Source: Phoronis australis
Taxonomy: Eukaryota; Animalia; Phoronida
NCBI GenBank assembly: GCA_002633005.1
Contig: NMRA01000445.1
Coordinates: forward strand, 62,001 to 126,000
Direction of reading: 5' to 3'
Length of the DNA: 64,000 nucleotides
Shown here: positions 52,711 to 64,000 of the stretch, in pieces
How positions within the stretch are numbered: the stretch's first letter is position 1
Layout: every line of letters begins with the position of its first letter
Translations under genes and position numbers: made by a program
Notes under the pieces: model-generated
Seen by the model: the letters and a program-made list of their open reading frames with translations, nothing else
Database searches by the model: none
What the model was told of the DNA's origin: nothing

Positions 52711-53489
52711 TATCAACTGGTTCAAATTCCCAAACAAATATTAAGCATGATTATATGTTTAATGTACGGCAGTAAGAAAATGAGATTTTTGGCAATAGGT
52801 ATTTTCAAAAGCATTTTCAAAAGCATTTTCAAGGAAGATCGTCAGTAAAATTTAGAACCCTGTTTTCAAAATAAGAATTCTTTAGAGCTAAAATTGACCT
52901 CAGATGGTACACTTCATTAAAATGAGATACGTCAATAATTAACCTTTTGAGCGAATTGAAATTGATATCCGGTCACAAATGGTAAAAACTATCAAACCTA
53001 AAATCAAAATGACAAAATTTAAAAAATCAAAATGAAATATGGGTACAGTTAGAAAGAAAATATTTTGCTCTGAGTCCTTACAGGTCGGGACTGGAAATTG
53101 TGTGATCATCCAGTAAAACAGGACTTTGGTAAACAGTAGGAAATGAAGAGTTTAGTGGAAGGCACTGGGAAGAGTACAACAATATTGTGCACTCCGTAAT
53201 GAATGAGCATACATGTGCGCTGTGAACTGAATACCCAAGACAATAACACCACAGTGCCATAGAGATGATCACAAGAACATGGCAAAATATAAGCTCTGGA
53301 TTATGTGTATCGGTAACAAGTGGAAAACTACGCTACGGAACAAGGAATGTCATTTCGATATATGGAAAGTTCCTGATAGAATTCAACATTTTCTAAAATG
53401 ATAAAATATAGAGAAATATAGATCTTAAGTCAATGCAGCACACATCTTGTAAACAAATCTTAACAACAATAACTATTTGCCATAACACG

Positions 53490-53647
53490 TCACAACCCTT
53501 TAAGTACTTTCAGTGCAAAATACAGAATACAAATAATTGCAGCAATCTTTCCACTATCTTCACGTTTCTCTCCAGAAGCATTGGTCGGGCCACTTGTTGG
53601 AGGCAGTTGAGTAACTTTACCACCAAAAATGACGATGTTCGATGTTC
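53490..53647 (-). CDS. TNFR-like exon 2 (S/T/P stalk + hydrophobic tail, stop)
   Basis: Phase-1 compatible open frame to TGA at 53492-53490. Confidence 0.75.
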
Positions 53648-54900
53648 CTGAAAGCAAGTTAGTTACGTAATAAGGACTCGAGAAAAAATGTTGAAATTTG
53701 ACAAACTTACGAACAACATATCTTATCGGATTGATATGAAACTTTCAGGTTGTATACTTTATGCACTGTTCTCTAAAACATAGTGCCAGGAGTTGTTCTT
53801 GAAAGGATCCGGGCATATCCGTGAAAAGGTCAACCTACAGACAAAAAATCAAAATTGTGACTTCACTTACATTTCTGGTCTCATCCGAAAGTCCAGTCTC
53901 TCTACTTTCATGACCAATATTTGATTGTCCCATAATTTTCAAGTTTTTGCCTAAACAGACACATTTTATCATATGCAAGTTTCGAAAATAAAAATAAGAC
54001 CTAAGGTTATTTTCATTGGCTAAAAAGTTGTAATTTCATAAATGTGACGAGATACGTGACGGATGTACAAATTTGCCCAACGTCTGTCACAATTTCCGAC
54101 TTAACAAGAAAACCATGGGATCTAAAGTTTTAGTCAATATAGTATTAGGTAACAAGTTCCAAGAAAATCTAATAAACGGGTCTGTTTAGGCAAAAAATTT
54201 ATAGTTGTAGGACAATCTAATATTGGTCATGAAAGTAGAGACTGGGCATTCAGATAAGACCGGAAATGTAATTAAAGTCGCAATTTAATTTTTTGTACCT
54301 AGGTTAACCTTTTCACAGAATTCCCCTTAGTTAAAGCAAAATGACTTTCGACAGTTTAATCACTGTGAGGCATATTATTCACCAAAAAGTTTAAAACGTA
54401 TGGAAGGCCTTTGGAATGGCCACCGTCTCTACTTCCAGTTGAGACAGCAAGTACTAATATTATACATTTCTTGATCATGGTTACACGGATCTGTCCACAC
54501 TGATTGCACGCACCTCCATCACAATTCTCTGAAAGTTTACAGATGACATACCTGATGTTGACACAAGATCACCAAGAGGACTGTACTTCTGAATCGGAGG
54601 AATGCAGAAATCATGCTGGGTGTCCATGTAGTAACCCTTCTTGCACGTGCACTCAGCATCATTCCTTGACGAGCATTTCCGTTTGTACTCCATGTTATAA
54701 TGTACAAAACATATCTTGCACTTTTTACAAAATGCATTGTTGGTGTACTCGTCATTATATCTTCCCTGCGGACATGGTTTACAACAGTCCCCATCATCGC
54801 AGTTTCTGAGCCAATAATAACCTGGTTGGCAGTGATAAGGGCCACCACCTACACTTGATAAAAGAGCTATGACCAGGAGGCTTGAAGCGATGATATGCAT
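53490..54900 (-). CDS. TNF receptor superfamily-like protein, ~168 aa, signal peptide + Cys-rich domains + hydrophobic C-terminal tail (2 exons: 54552-54900, 53490-53647)
   Basis: Signal MHIIASSLLVIALLSSVGG; 12 Cys incl. CCKPCPQGRY...CKKCKIC...CSSRNDAECTCKKGYY; G|GTATGT donor; ttgctttcag acceptor; exon 2 ends IAAIICILYFALKVLKGL-TGA. Confidence 0.85.
53811..54326. mobile_element. MITE with ~145-bp TIRs in the TNFR-like intron
   Basis: gtgaaaaggtcaacct...tttttgcctaaacagac mirrored at 54180-54317. Confidence 0.8.
54552..54900 (-). CDS. TNFR-like exon 1 (signal peptide + CRDs)
   Basis: TNFR CRD cysteine spacing; donor GTATGT at 54551. Confidence 0.88.
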
Positions 54901-56340
54901 TATGATGTCAAAGAATACCGGTGTTCCACGACACGAGATCCAAGATTGAATTTCAGAATGCTGAGGGCTTTGTTAATGTAGCCGTAAGTCTACCACTCGT
55001 TGAAACCTTGTGAAATGGTCGTAAACTGGTAAGTGCTGGTAAGAGGGCTCGGAATAGTTCTCGGCAAACACGTAAAGGACTCGCCACCTTTTCTTCACTC
55101 TGTCGAAAACAGTATGCAAATAATGAAAAGTATTCAGTCATTTCACAGCACAAGCTCTACAGATGACTACTAAAACTTTATTCTCTGTATGATTTTGATC
55201 CTTTCGCTGATACCGAAAAGCAAGGTAAGCTAAGAAAAAAGGGGTAAGAACAACAGCACTGCAAATGGTGTGCTTCTATGGGTGTTTTTAGTGTCATAAA
55301 AATGGCCATTAGATGGCACAGAATGCATCAGACCATCCAGATTGAGAGGGTAGTGTTGTCTCAGTAAAACACAACTATCTGCAAATTTCAAAAAATAAGC
55401 CAAGGAACTCCTAAGACATAGAAGCAAATGTAAAAAACAATTGATAATAGAGGGCACAGCTACAGTTCGATTGGTCTGAAACTCGTTGTCATCTGTTACC
55501 ACAGCGACTTCACTTGATTGCCATAAAATAAGTCCTGTTTTGTGGCAAGTTGGTCTGATTTGGAGGACCGGCGGTCATGTTTTTGATTTTGAGTCTGGGG
55601 GTCATCATTGTTTCTCACCCATGAATTAAAGCTCCCTAAAAACACCACTTCCTTGCCCATGCGCAACATCAGCCAACATTAGATTCTGAAAGCAGATTCC
55701 AAAAATGTAGCCCAAAAGTACGTCAACCAACTAAGGTAATTGTTAACAATATGACGACATTGACTTACATACAAGATTTTGGAATTGTTAGATACCTCGC
55801 AACATTATCTTTCCAAAAATACACGAATGTGCCCCTGCCTTGCTTCCTCAGTATTTTAGCGTCGAATTTGTGTTCGCACTATTTCGCCCTTGACACCGCC
55901 ATGTATGTTTAACTAAAGATTACAGCAACACCTGTCGCTAATGAATGAAACATCATCAATTCTGAATAGTGTTTACCCGCAAAATTGACCCTTAAGTTTT
56001 GGTGACATAACACAGAGGAACAAAGGGCAGCAATTCACCCTTTTCCATTCGATCTAACCCTTGGGCTTGGGTCCGTAGCTTGGGTCGGGGATAGACGGGC
56101 CATGACAAGTGACGGTATGCAGAATATAGGTGATGGAATATTAGTTCAGTTATAAACCGCCTTTAGTTAAATAGTGCAAGCAGAAATTTCAAGATACAAA
56201 TACTAAGGGAACGGGGTAGGAGAAATTTCCGTGTGTATTTTTGGAAAGATTGAACAATACCAAAATCATGTGTGTAGGTCAATGTCATCATATTGTAAAA
56301 GAATTCCCCATTTTTGAGAAAAGTCTAGTTACTGGGTCTC

Positions 56341-56803
56341 TCATCGTCAGCCACCCTCTTCACAGTTCACTCCACAGTAAGAACATTTTTGCTAATTTTC
56401 AAAATCATTCCTCCAGCAGGTTGGTTGATAGAAGGGCCGATGCCAAGAGACTCAAAAACAGTAAAAATGGCCACTAGGTGGCGCAAACCATCTTGAATTC
56501 ACCCAAAAACAGTAGGATAGTGTCATCTCACTAATATATGCATAACTGCCAAATTTTATGAAAATCCATTGACGACTTCTGAAGATACAGAGGTAAGCGT
56601 AAAAAACTAAAATTGTCACTAGTGGGGCACACCTGTAGTCAGCGAAGTTTGAAATTTGTCGTCATCCGTCATCAGCTTCATAGGAACACGTCTGCCAAAT
56701 CTCATCAAGATCCTGTCAGGGGTTTAGGAGATACAGACGCCGGACGCCCAGACATAGATGACGGCAATATGCGACCACATAAAAATATGTGGGCGCATAA
56801 AAA
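56341..56803 (-). mobile_element. HINE-family copy with internal core repeats
   Basis: Terminus GCGACCACAT..ATGTGGGCGCATAAAAA is the reverse complement of 45048-45115; cores contain CCACTAGGTGGCGC. Confidence 0.65.
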
Positions 56804-57192
56804 GTATGTGACTGGGGATACTAGAAAAAATATTTGTTACAAGGTACACACGGTTAAAAAACAAGAAATGAAATAAGTGCCCAGAAGAATTTACTATATA
56901 CAAACTATCAACATTTGGACCGGATGAACAAGTAATGAACACAGAACATATAGTTACACAGGGACAAAACAATAATTAAGCAACAGCAAGGTAGCATAGT
57001 AAGCAACTGTGGTATACCCTGCTCACTAGTTTGTGAGATCACCACGAGAAGTCTCTGGTAGCGGAGCTTCCGGGGAATCACGTGTTTTTAAGTTAAGTAG
57101 AAATATACGCGAAATTGTCGTCCGAGTAGGTATAGGGTCTGACCATATATGGTCTGACCACTGCCAGCAATTCCTTACGTGTTGTACAATAN

Positions 57193-58005
57193 ACAGACTC
57201 GAAAACAGTAAAAATGGCCACTAGGAGGCGCAAAATTCCTCAAATTCAACCAAAACCCAGAGCATAGCATCACCTCACTAATAGATGCCTATTTGCTAAA
57301 TTTTATGAAAATCGATTGAGAACCTTTGAAGATACAGAGGTAAATGTAAAAAACAAAAAAAATGCCACTAGGGGACACACCAATAATGCGATCCGTTCGA
57401 AAGTCGACGTACTCTGCTTTCAACTTCATACAAATACACCTGTAAAATTAAATAAAGATCCTGTAGAGCACTTAGGAGATACAGCCATGGCCACAAAAAA
57501 CAAACAAAACTGCCACTAGGAAGTACCACAGTACTCGAAGTCAGAAAATCATCGTCAACCACCCTCTTCACAGTAAGAACATTTTTGCTAATTTTCAAAA
57601 TCATTCCTCCAGCAGGTTGGTTGATAGAAGGGCCGACGCCAACAAACTCAGAAACAGTAAAAATGGCCACTAGGTGGCGCAAACAATCTTGAATTCATCC
57701 AAAAACAGGAGGATAGTGTCATCTCACTAATATATGCATAACTGCCAAATTTTATGAAAATCCATTGACGATTTCTGAAGATACAGAGGTAAGCGTAAAA
57801 AACTAAAATTGTCACTAGTGGGGCACACCTGTAGTCAGCGAAGTTTGAAATTTGTCGTCATCCGTCATCAGCTACTGCTTCATAGGAACACGTCTGCCAA
57901 ATCTCATCAAGATCCTGTCAGGGGTTTAGGAGATACAGACGCCGGACGCCCAGACATAGACGATGGCAATATGCGACCACATATAAATATGTGGGCGCAT
58001 AAAAA
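57193..58005 (-). mobile_element. HINE-family copy with several tandem core repeats
   Basis: Same terminus; repeated ccactagg/gccaaattttatgaaaatc cores. Confidence 0.65.
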
Positions 58006-58759
58006 GTATGTGACTGGGGATACTAGAAAAAATATTTGTTACAAGGTACACACAGTTAAAAAACAAGAAATGAAATAAGTGCCCAGAAGAATTTACTATA
58101 TAAAAACTATCAACATTTGGACCGGATGAACAAGTAATGAACACAGAACATATAGTCACACACGGACAAAACAATAATTAAGCAACAGCAAGGTAGCATA
58201 GTAAGCAACTGTGGTATACCCTGCTCACTAGTTTGTGAGATCACCACGAGAAGTCTCTGGTAGCGGAGCTTCCGGGGAATCACGTGTTTTTAAGTTAAGT
58301 AGAAATATACACGAAATTGTCGTCCGAGTAGGTATAGGGTCTGACCATATATGGTCTGACCACTGCCAGCAATTCCTTACGTGTTGTACAATAGCACTTA
58401 TGTTCATCCACCAGGGCAAAACTAGCATGGGATATCATGCTTTCTACACCATTTTGGACCTGATAGAGACAGGCTCCAATCGCACGGTCAGAAGCATCGC
58501 AATCTAGCTAGCACAAATTCACCTGAGCAATTCCGAGCAATTCTGAGTCAGAAATGGAGGTGATGTCAGTGCTTCTTTCAAATTGAGCTATCGCACGTTC
58601 CACCCCTTGCGCAATGTCCACAAACAAACAATAACTTTTATCCGTCAATGTGTTGTTTGTCAGGTAAAATGGCAGCTTGGAAACAAAGGTGTGTCAAGAA
58701 TGCTGCGTTCTGATTGATCAGTTAAGCCGTCACTCAAAATCCTGGTGATAAGTCAGTTG

Positions 58760-59960
58760 TTAAAGGCCACTTGCTACTTGTGTAACCTTGAAAAAAGGGA
58801 AGCTCCAGTGACTGCAATTTCAGCAAAATCTTTAACGAAGATCCTGTAATAATTTGCAAACCCAAGGAAGATCTCACTGACATTGCTTCTTAGTACTTCG
58901 AGGAACTGGCCAATTCTTAACCTTTTTGATGTTTTCGTCCCCCATCTCCAAGCCGCGTGGTCCTACCCATCTACCTAAGAACTCCACATGCCACTGTATT
59001 TTATAGGTTTCAATTTGTGTTGAAACTTCCAGAACCTCTGAAATACTTCCTCCAGGTTAGCAACGTGCTCACCAAAGGTTGACCCCAGTACTAAAATATC
59101 ATCGAGGAGTGCAAGAACTGTATGCCAATTAAAACCTCTAAGAACTAAACTCACTGCTCTGGAAAATGTAGAAGGCGCACCACAGAGTCCAAATAGCAAG
59201 GATTTGAACTCGTATAAAAGCCATCTTCTTACGATCTTCTTCACGGCAGAATTAGCATCTAGCTTATTGAACCACTTGTTACCAGACAGTAAGTCAATAC
59301 ACTTATCAATGAGAGGTAAAGGCCATGAATCTTTTCTAGTGACATTATTCAATTTCCTATTGTCATTGCATATAGTGAATCATAACAGGAGCTGCAGCCC
59401 ATTCACTAGAAGGAACCATCTTTAAGCATCTCGTTATAAAGTGGCCCTCCTCTTCCGCCACAAAGCAACTCTGTGTACGTTCCATAGTCATTTTGATAGG
59501 TTGAATATCGCCTGTGTCAATCTCGTGCACTGCTGTAAAGTCACCAAGATCTAGGTCATGTGCAGCAAAAACATCTGAATAGTTTAGTAGTAACTGATGC
59601 AATTTAAACGATTGTCCTTCAGTTACTAAATTTTCAGACTAGTTATACAGACCGTCCACATTTTCGGGTAATGCCACCAGTGGGCGTGAACCTTCAGATC
59701 ACATACTGGAAATGACGAGACAACTGCTCGACAAAAAGTTTCCTCCACCAGGTGTCAAATTCACTGGGCACACGTACCTTACACTCTTCTACGTAACCTA
59801 AATAGACCAGTGTTGAATCACCTTTCAATCTGACGCTGTGCTCTGAAGAAATATGTATAAAACTGGGGAGCTAACTGTGTTAAGTAGCGAGCGAGGTACA
59901 TCATTACTCTAGGATCCACAGTAACGATGGGTTAAAAAAGTACTGTTGGTGCATCAACAG
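58760..59960 (-). mobile_element. Degraded Ty3/Gypsy pol fragment (RT-RNase H linker)
   Basis: YSDVFA..DLDLG, HEIDTGD, PSSEWAAAPV, VTRKDSWPLP.ID, FGLCGAPSTFSR, LDDILVLG, FLGFANYY; frameshifted. Confidence 0.9.
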
Positions 59961-59999
59961 GGAAGTCACTTGCACTCCACTTAACGGTGTTTGCAGGAA

Positions 60000-60470
60000 T
60001 AACAATAATATGAGCAGTAATATGAGTTGTCATACCTGTAATACCTGTCACGGACAGGATAATTGGGGATATGCTGGTGCACTAATCCCCTCCCCAGACC
60101 ATCCCCGTGACAGCAGAAGGTGCAGAACTCCAAGGCTGACGTTGCCTGTGAGCATCTGATTTGACAACACTCGGGCACGGCTCTTCTTGTGACTTTTAGC
60201 AGCATGAACATAAATAATACTGGCTTCGAGCAGTCGGCTGCCATCACTGAACTCAGCCACTGAGTTGGGGCGAAGTCTGCTCGAGGGTACATTTGTGAGC
60301 CAGCAGCTTAACATCAGCCGAATATAAGTAGAGGGGTCTGTTGGTGGTGCATGAGCCAGCGAGGTAATCCGCACGCTCATTAATCAAGACAACGGCGTGG
60401 TCAGGTACGAGAGACCAGATCACTATATTCCTATATGATGAGGGTGGCGTGATCGGAAGACACCCCATGG
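60000..60470 (-). mobile_element. RNase H-bearing non-LTR retroelement 3' remnant
   Basis: VPDHAVVLINERADYLAG resembles the RNase H C-terminal motif (P-G-H-x-G-x-x-G-N-E-x-A-D); short-repeat tail near 60000-60050. Confidence 0.6.
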
Positions 60471-61147
60471 GCTACAGGGCTCAACACTAACGGTTGCCCG
60501 ATTGCCCGTGTACATGTAGATTTTGCGTCGGGCAAGTGGAATTTGAAAAATACTTGCCTGATGGGCAAGTTAAAAAGCTAGCCGCATAGGTAAGTAGATC
60601 CTAAGATTGTCTTCTTGACATTTGCTCCAAAGTAACGAACCCCGACACAAGCCTAACAACCGTCGAAAAAAGCCCCTGTGGCCGTCAAAGAAACTCCCGT
60701 CTTCGAATGAGCACCGAAAGGAAAATAGAATGAGTGTGATGCAGCGTGCACAGATGACGCTCGCGGTCAAATCCTTTCGATTCTCTGAACGTGCCCTGCA
60801 GTTTCTGAATAAGTTGTCACGTGATACTACTGATCGTCTGCACTCTGGCAAAACGTCATGGAAGCCGTCTAGTCCTGGACGGCATTGGTTTAGTTGCTAA
60901 AAAACGAGTTCAGGAAGGATCAAAGCAATAATATGAAACGAAAAGAGTGCTAGGATGGGTTCCGTCATGGGAAATTAGGTTTTCTGGCCTGCGAGACAGT
61001 GACCAAGGGATGACGTTTGATTTTTGCTGGCGTTTACCCATGTACAGCATTTTAATTTATTACAAGCTACTGATGACCAAAACTGTGCAGATTTTTACGG
61101 ATAGCAAAAAATGAAATTCAGGTTAGCAACAACTCATGTTTAATGCT

Positions 61148-61211
61148 AGGCAATGACCATCGCCTCTGTTGGCCCGAACCAGAGGCGATGCAGAGGCTAT
61201 AGGCGCTCTGT
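61148..61211 (+). mobile_element. Truncated left end of the 62846-63743 MITE family
   Basis: ~64 bp near-identical to 62844-62907. Confidence 0.85.
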
Positions 61212-62364
61212 ATCAATACAATGGCACTGATGGGACCATATTACTTGTTTTACAAAAAAGTCACCAAAACTTTTGTTTTTACAAATATAAGTTTACTAAG
61301 CACTTTGGTGATTATTAAGTAACTTCAAACTCAAATTTCTCAAAAATGTGCAACTTTATATGTGGGAACTTTTTAGATTTTAAAAACACTCTAATAAATG
61401 AATTAAAAAACACCAAAATAAAATTTCCCCTCTAAAGTACTCACAAAAACCATTTTCTAGAGGCCCTACAAAATCTGGCCCACTGACTACTAGGCCTACA
61501 TTATCGTCTGCTGTCGCTGCAACTACAAGAGTATGTCTATAACGTGGAATTCTAAGTGTTCTGTAATTGTTATTCATTTTTTAGTTTCAATAAATATTCT
61601 TATGCCATTTCTTTGATACATTTGGCAATTATTAAGCTTTACTTCTTGACTTCCTCACCAAGTCCCGAAAATGTCAGAAATTTGTAACAGCTTATCACAT
61701 CACATCACATCTCTGTTGCTAATTTTGTCTTGACATAAAACCCATTGCTGTGTAGGCCGACGCTGATGTCAAACTTTGGTAGTGTATCTGTGTATTTTAC
61801 CGGGATGTATCAAGTGAGTTGACATTTGGCACGTGAGTTAAAAAACAATACTTGTGCAGGCATTCAGAGTTCACCAGCGGCAGTGAACGGGACGAGACGT
61901 CTACTTAGAAATTGGCAACCAAAATCTGGAATTCCATTTGGGGATTGAGGAATTATATATGACTAAGTTATGATGAGAAATGTACGTGACAGGGAAGCGA
62001 ACTTTTTTAACTTCCCTCCCCTCGTCTTTTGGAAACCCTACAAAACGTCGGCACACATACCGAAATAAGGGCAGCACAAACTTCTCCCACGACTTTTCCC
62101 ACAACTGCTTTCAACGCTTGTTATGACTCGCCGACAAGGGATTACAATGCGCCTGATGCCAGGAATTGTAGAGGTAGAATGGCGGCCATAACATACAGTG
62201 ATACGGCGGATTAATAAGGTGAAGAATAAGAATATTTAAGATGAAAACTATTATCTCTGAACTGAAATTGAAGTGTGCTGAGATACGGTAAGAGGACTTA
62301 TTTTTTAGATTTGCTGTGTTTCTTGGTTCCCTTTCGATATTTTGTTCTCTGGCTCGCGTATTTA

Positions 62365-62645
62365 TTTTCGAGTACGATTTCAAGCACACTGCCATAGCAA
62401 ACTTGAAATTCGAGCATAGACTCCGAATTTTTACTCAAAATCGTACTCGAAATATAGATGAGATACACTTCAGTTCGAGTACACTCGAAAACTGAGTACA
62501 TGTACGTGCTCGAAACTTCGAGTACAGATTTTTCGAGTATGACATTGAATACACCAAAGCTGAGTCTGTACTCGAGTTGAGTATGAAGTGTGAGTTTGAG
62601 CATGATTCGAGTCTGAGTACGGAGATTGGAGACCGGGCCCTGGTT
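62365..62645. repeat. Degenerate (ACTCGA/CGAGT)-rich repeat, likely DNA-transposon end
   Basis: Dense ctcgag/tactcga motifs ending at accgggccctgg. Confidence 0.5.
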
Positions 62646-62845
62646 CCCATTTGAATGCATTGTCGTTTTTTACAAAAAATCGTTTCCTTTTAAAGGCCTT
62701 GCAAATACAATCAAACTTTAACTGCGTGACTTGTCATCTCAACTGTAATTACAGGCTTAGCCTAGATGACTATTGAGATTTAAATGTTCTTTAGTGGCAG
62801 GCGATGACAATGCAACAGTTCTGCCAATCGTGTCACCTCGTCGTA

Positions 62846-63743
62846 GGCAATGACCATCGCCTCTGTTGGCCCGAACCAGAGGCGATGTAGAGGCTATAGG
62901 CGCTCTGTACGCCGGAAGCTTTTCGGCGAATTATGCCTCGCACCAACTAAACCATCAAAGCCACGTTGTTATAACTACCTTTTGCGCATAGACGAACACC
63001 TTAGGAGGTTGTCGATGTGTTTAAGTTCTTCCAACTCGAACAAATACTCCCGTTATGAAACTTTTTCTTCGAGCAGTCCCTATTTCAGTTCCCAAAATCG
63101 TGAAATCAAAATTTTCATTTTTTTAACCAGGCCGAAGGTCAGAAGTTGCGGACCTACCGGCGAACTTTGAAAGCTGAAGTTCCCGCCCTTCGCGTACGTG
63201 CTGCCGGGAACCAGCCGTGCATTTGCCGTGTTGTTAAACATTAAAATGTCAAATATGTGCACAAAGACTATTAAATGTCATATCAACAGCATTTATTTTT
63301 ATCAAATACAAACAATGATTCATTGAAATACAATCAGTTTCAAGTAACGCCAATTAAAGACAAGTATAAGTGGTGGCATTTTGGAAACGAACATTTGACT
63401 GACAAGACCGCAATGGCTCACCTTTGGCCTATTTAAAGATTGAGGTCATGAATTGGAGCGTGCGCAGTATAAAAATGGTGAGTTCACGATTTTGGGAACT
63501 GAAATAGGGACTGCTCGAAGAAAAAGTTTCATAACGGGAGTATTTGTTCGAGTTGGAAGGAATTAAACACATCGACAACCTCCTAAGGTGTTCCTCTATG
63601 CGCAAAAGGTATTTATAACAACGTGACTTTGATGGTTTAGTCGGTGCGAGGCATAATTCGCCGAAAAGCTTCCGGCGTACAGAGCGGCTATATAGCCTCT
63701 ACATCGCCTCTGGTTCGGGCCAACAGAGGCGATGGTCATTGCC
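62846..63743. mobile_element. MITE with ~265-bp terminal inverted repeats, TA-flanked
   Basis: TA-GGCAATGACCATCGCCTCTGTTGGCCCGAACC...GGTTCGGGCCAACAGAGGCGATGGTCATTGCC-TA; arms nearly identical. Confidence 0.9.
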
Positions 63744-64000
63744 TACCTCTTCGCTCCCCCAGTCGACACTAGTACGAACAATCACGTCGCTGGTTTGAAC
63801 TGATTAAGAAAAAAAACATGGTCACTTCACTTATGCTGATAATGGTGAATTTTGCAATAAACGTCATTTTCTTGCGTAACTCTCCGCCTTTTCTAACAAT
63901 GAAAAGTATGTCGTCGTTTTGAAAACAGTACGCTCGTGTCACGCGCACGCGCATTTTCTAAATTTTGCGACATCTCTCGGGAGATGTTGATTGCTTGGCA

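Larger units (their letters stand above)
56341..58393. repeat. ~850-bp direct duplication (56341-57191 vs 57549-58393)
   Basis: Near-identical copies; first copy ends exactly at an n (57192). Confidence 0.9.

Overview
Eukaryotic (invertebrate-like, AT-rich, spliceosomal-intron) genomic window with an 804-N gap at 13622-14425 and a few single n's. Three protein-coding genes can be rebuilt from GT-AG sites with consistent phases. (1) MAN1B1-type ER alpha-1,2-mannosidase (GH47): minus strand, 12 coding exons, 38245->22444, ~651 aa. (2) SWT1-type WW+PIN endoribonuclease: plus strand, head-to-head with MAN1B1, 11 coding exons, 40577->50205, ~796 aa. (3) A small TNF-receptor-superfamily gene: minus strand, 54900->53490, ~168 aa, ending in a hydrophobic tail with no cytoplasmic domain, so a candidate GPI-anchored/decoy TNFR, possibly with an alternative last exon. 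The rest is a dense TE landscape: a THAP-bearing P-element-like insertion with TIRs and a 7-bp TSD; a Penelope GIY-YIG remnant with an intact minimal hammerhead ribozyme; LINE, Gypsy, RNase H and Academ-like fossils; Helentron-associated repeats carrying CTCF-consensus motifs; several MITEs/long hairpins; and mini/microsatellites. No prokaryotic features or CRISPR. I see no clearly new multi-gene system; the best leads are the decoy TNFR, the ribozyme, and the P-like element. All assignments come from reading the sequence by eye and recalled family motifs; no searches were run.
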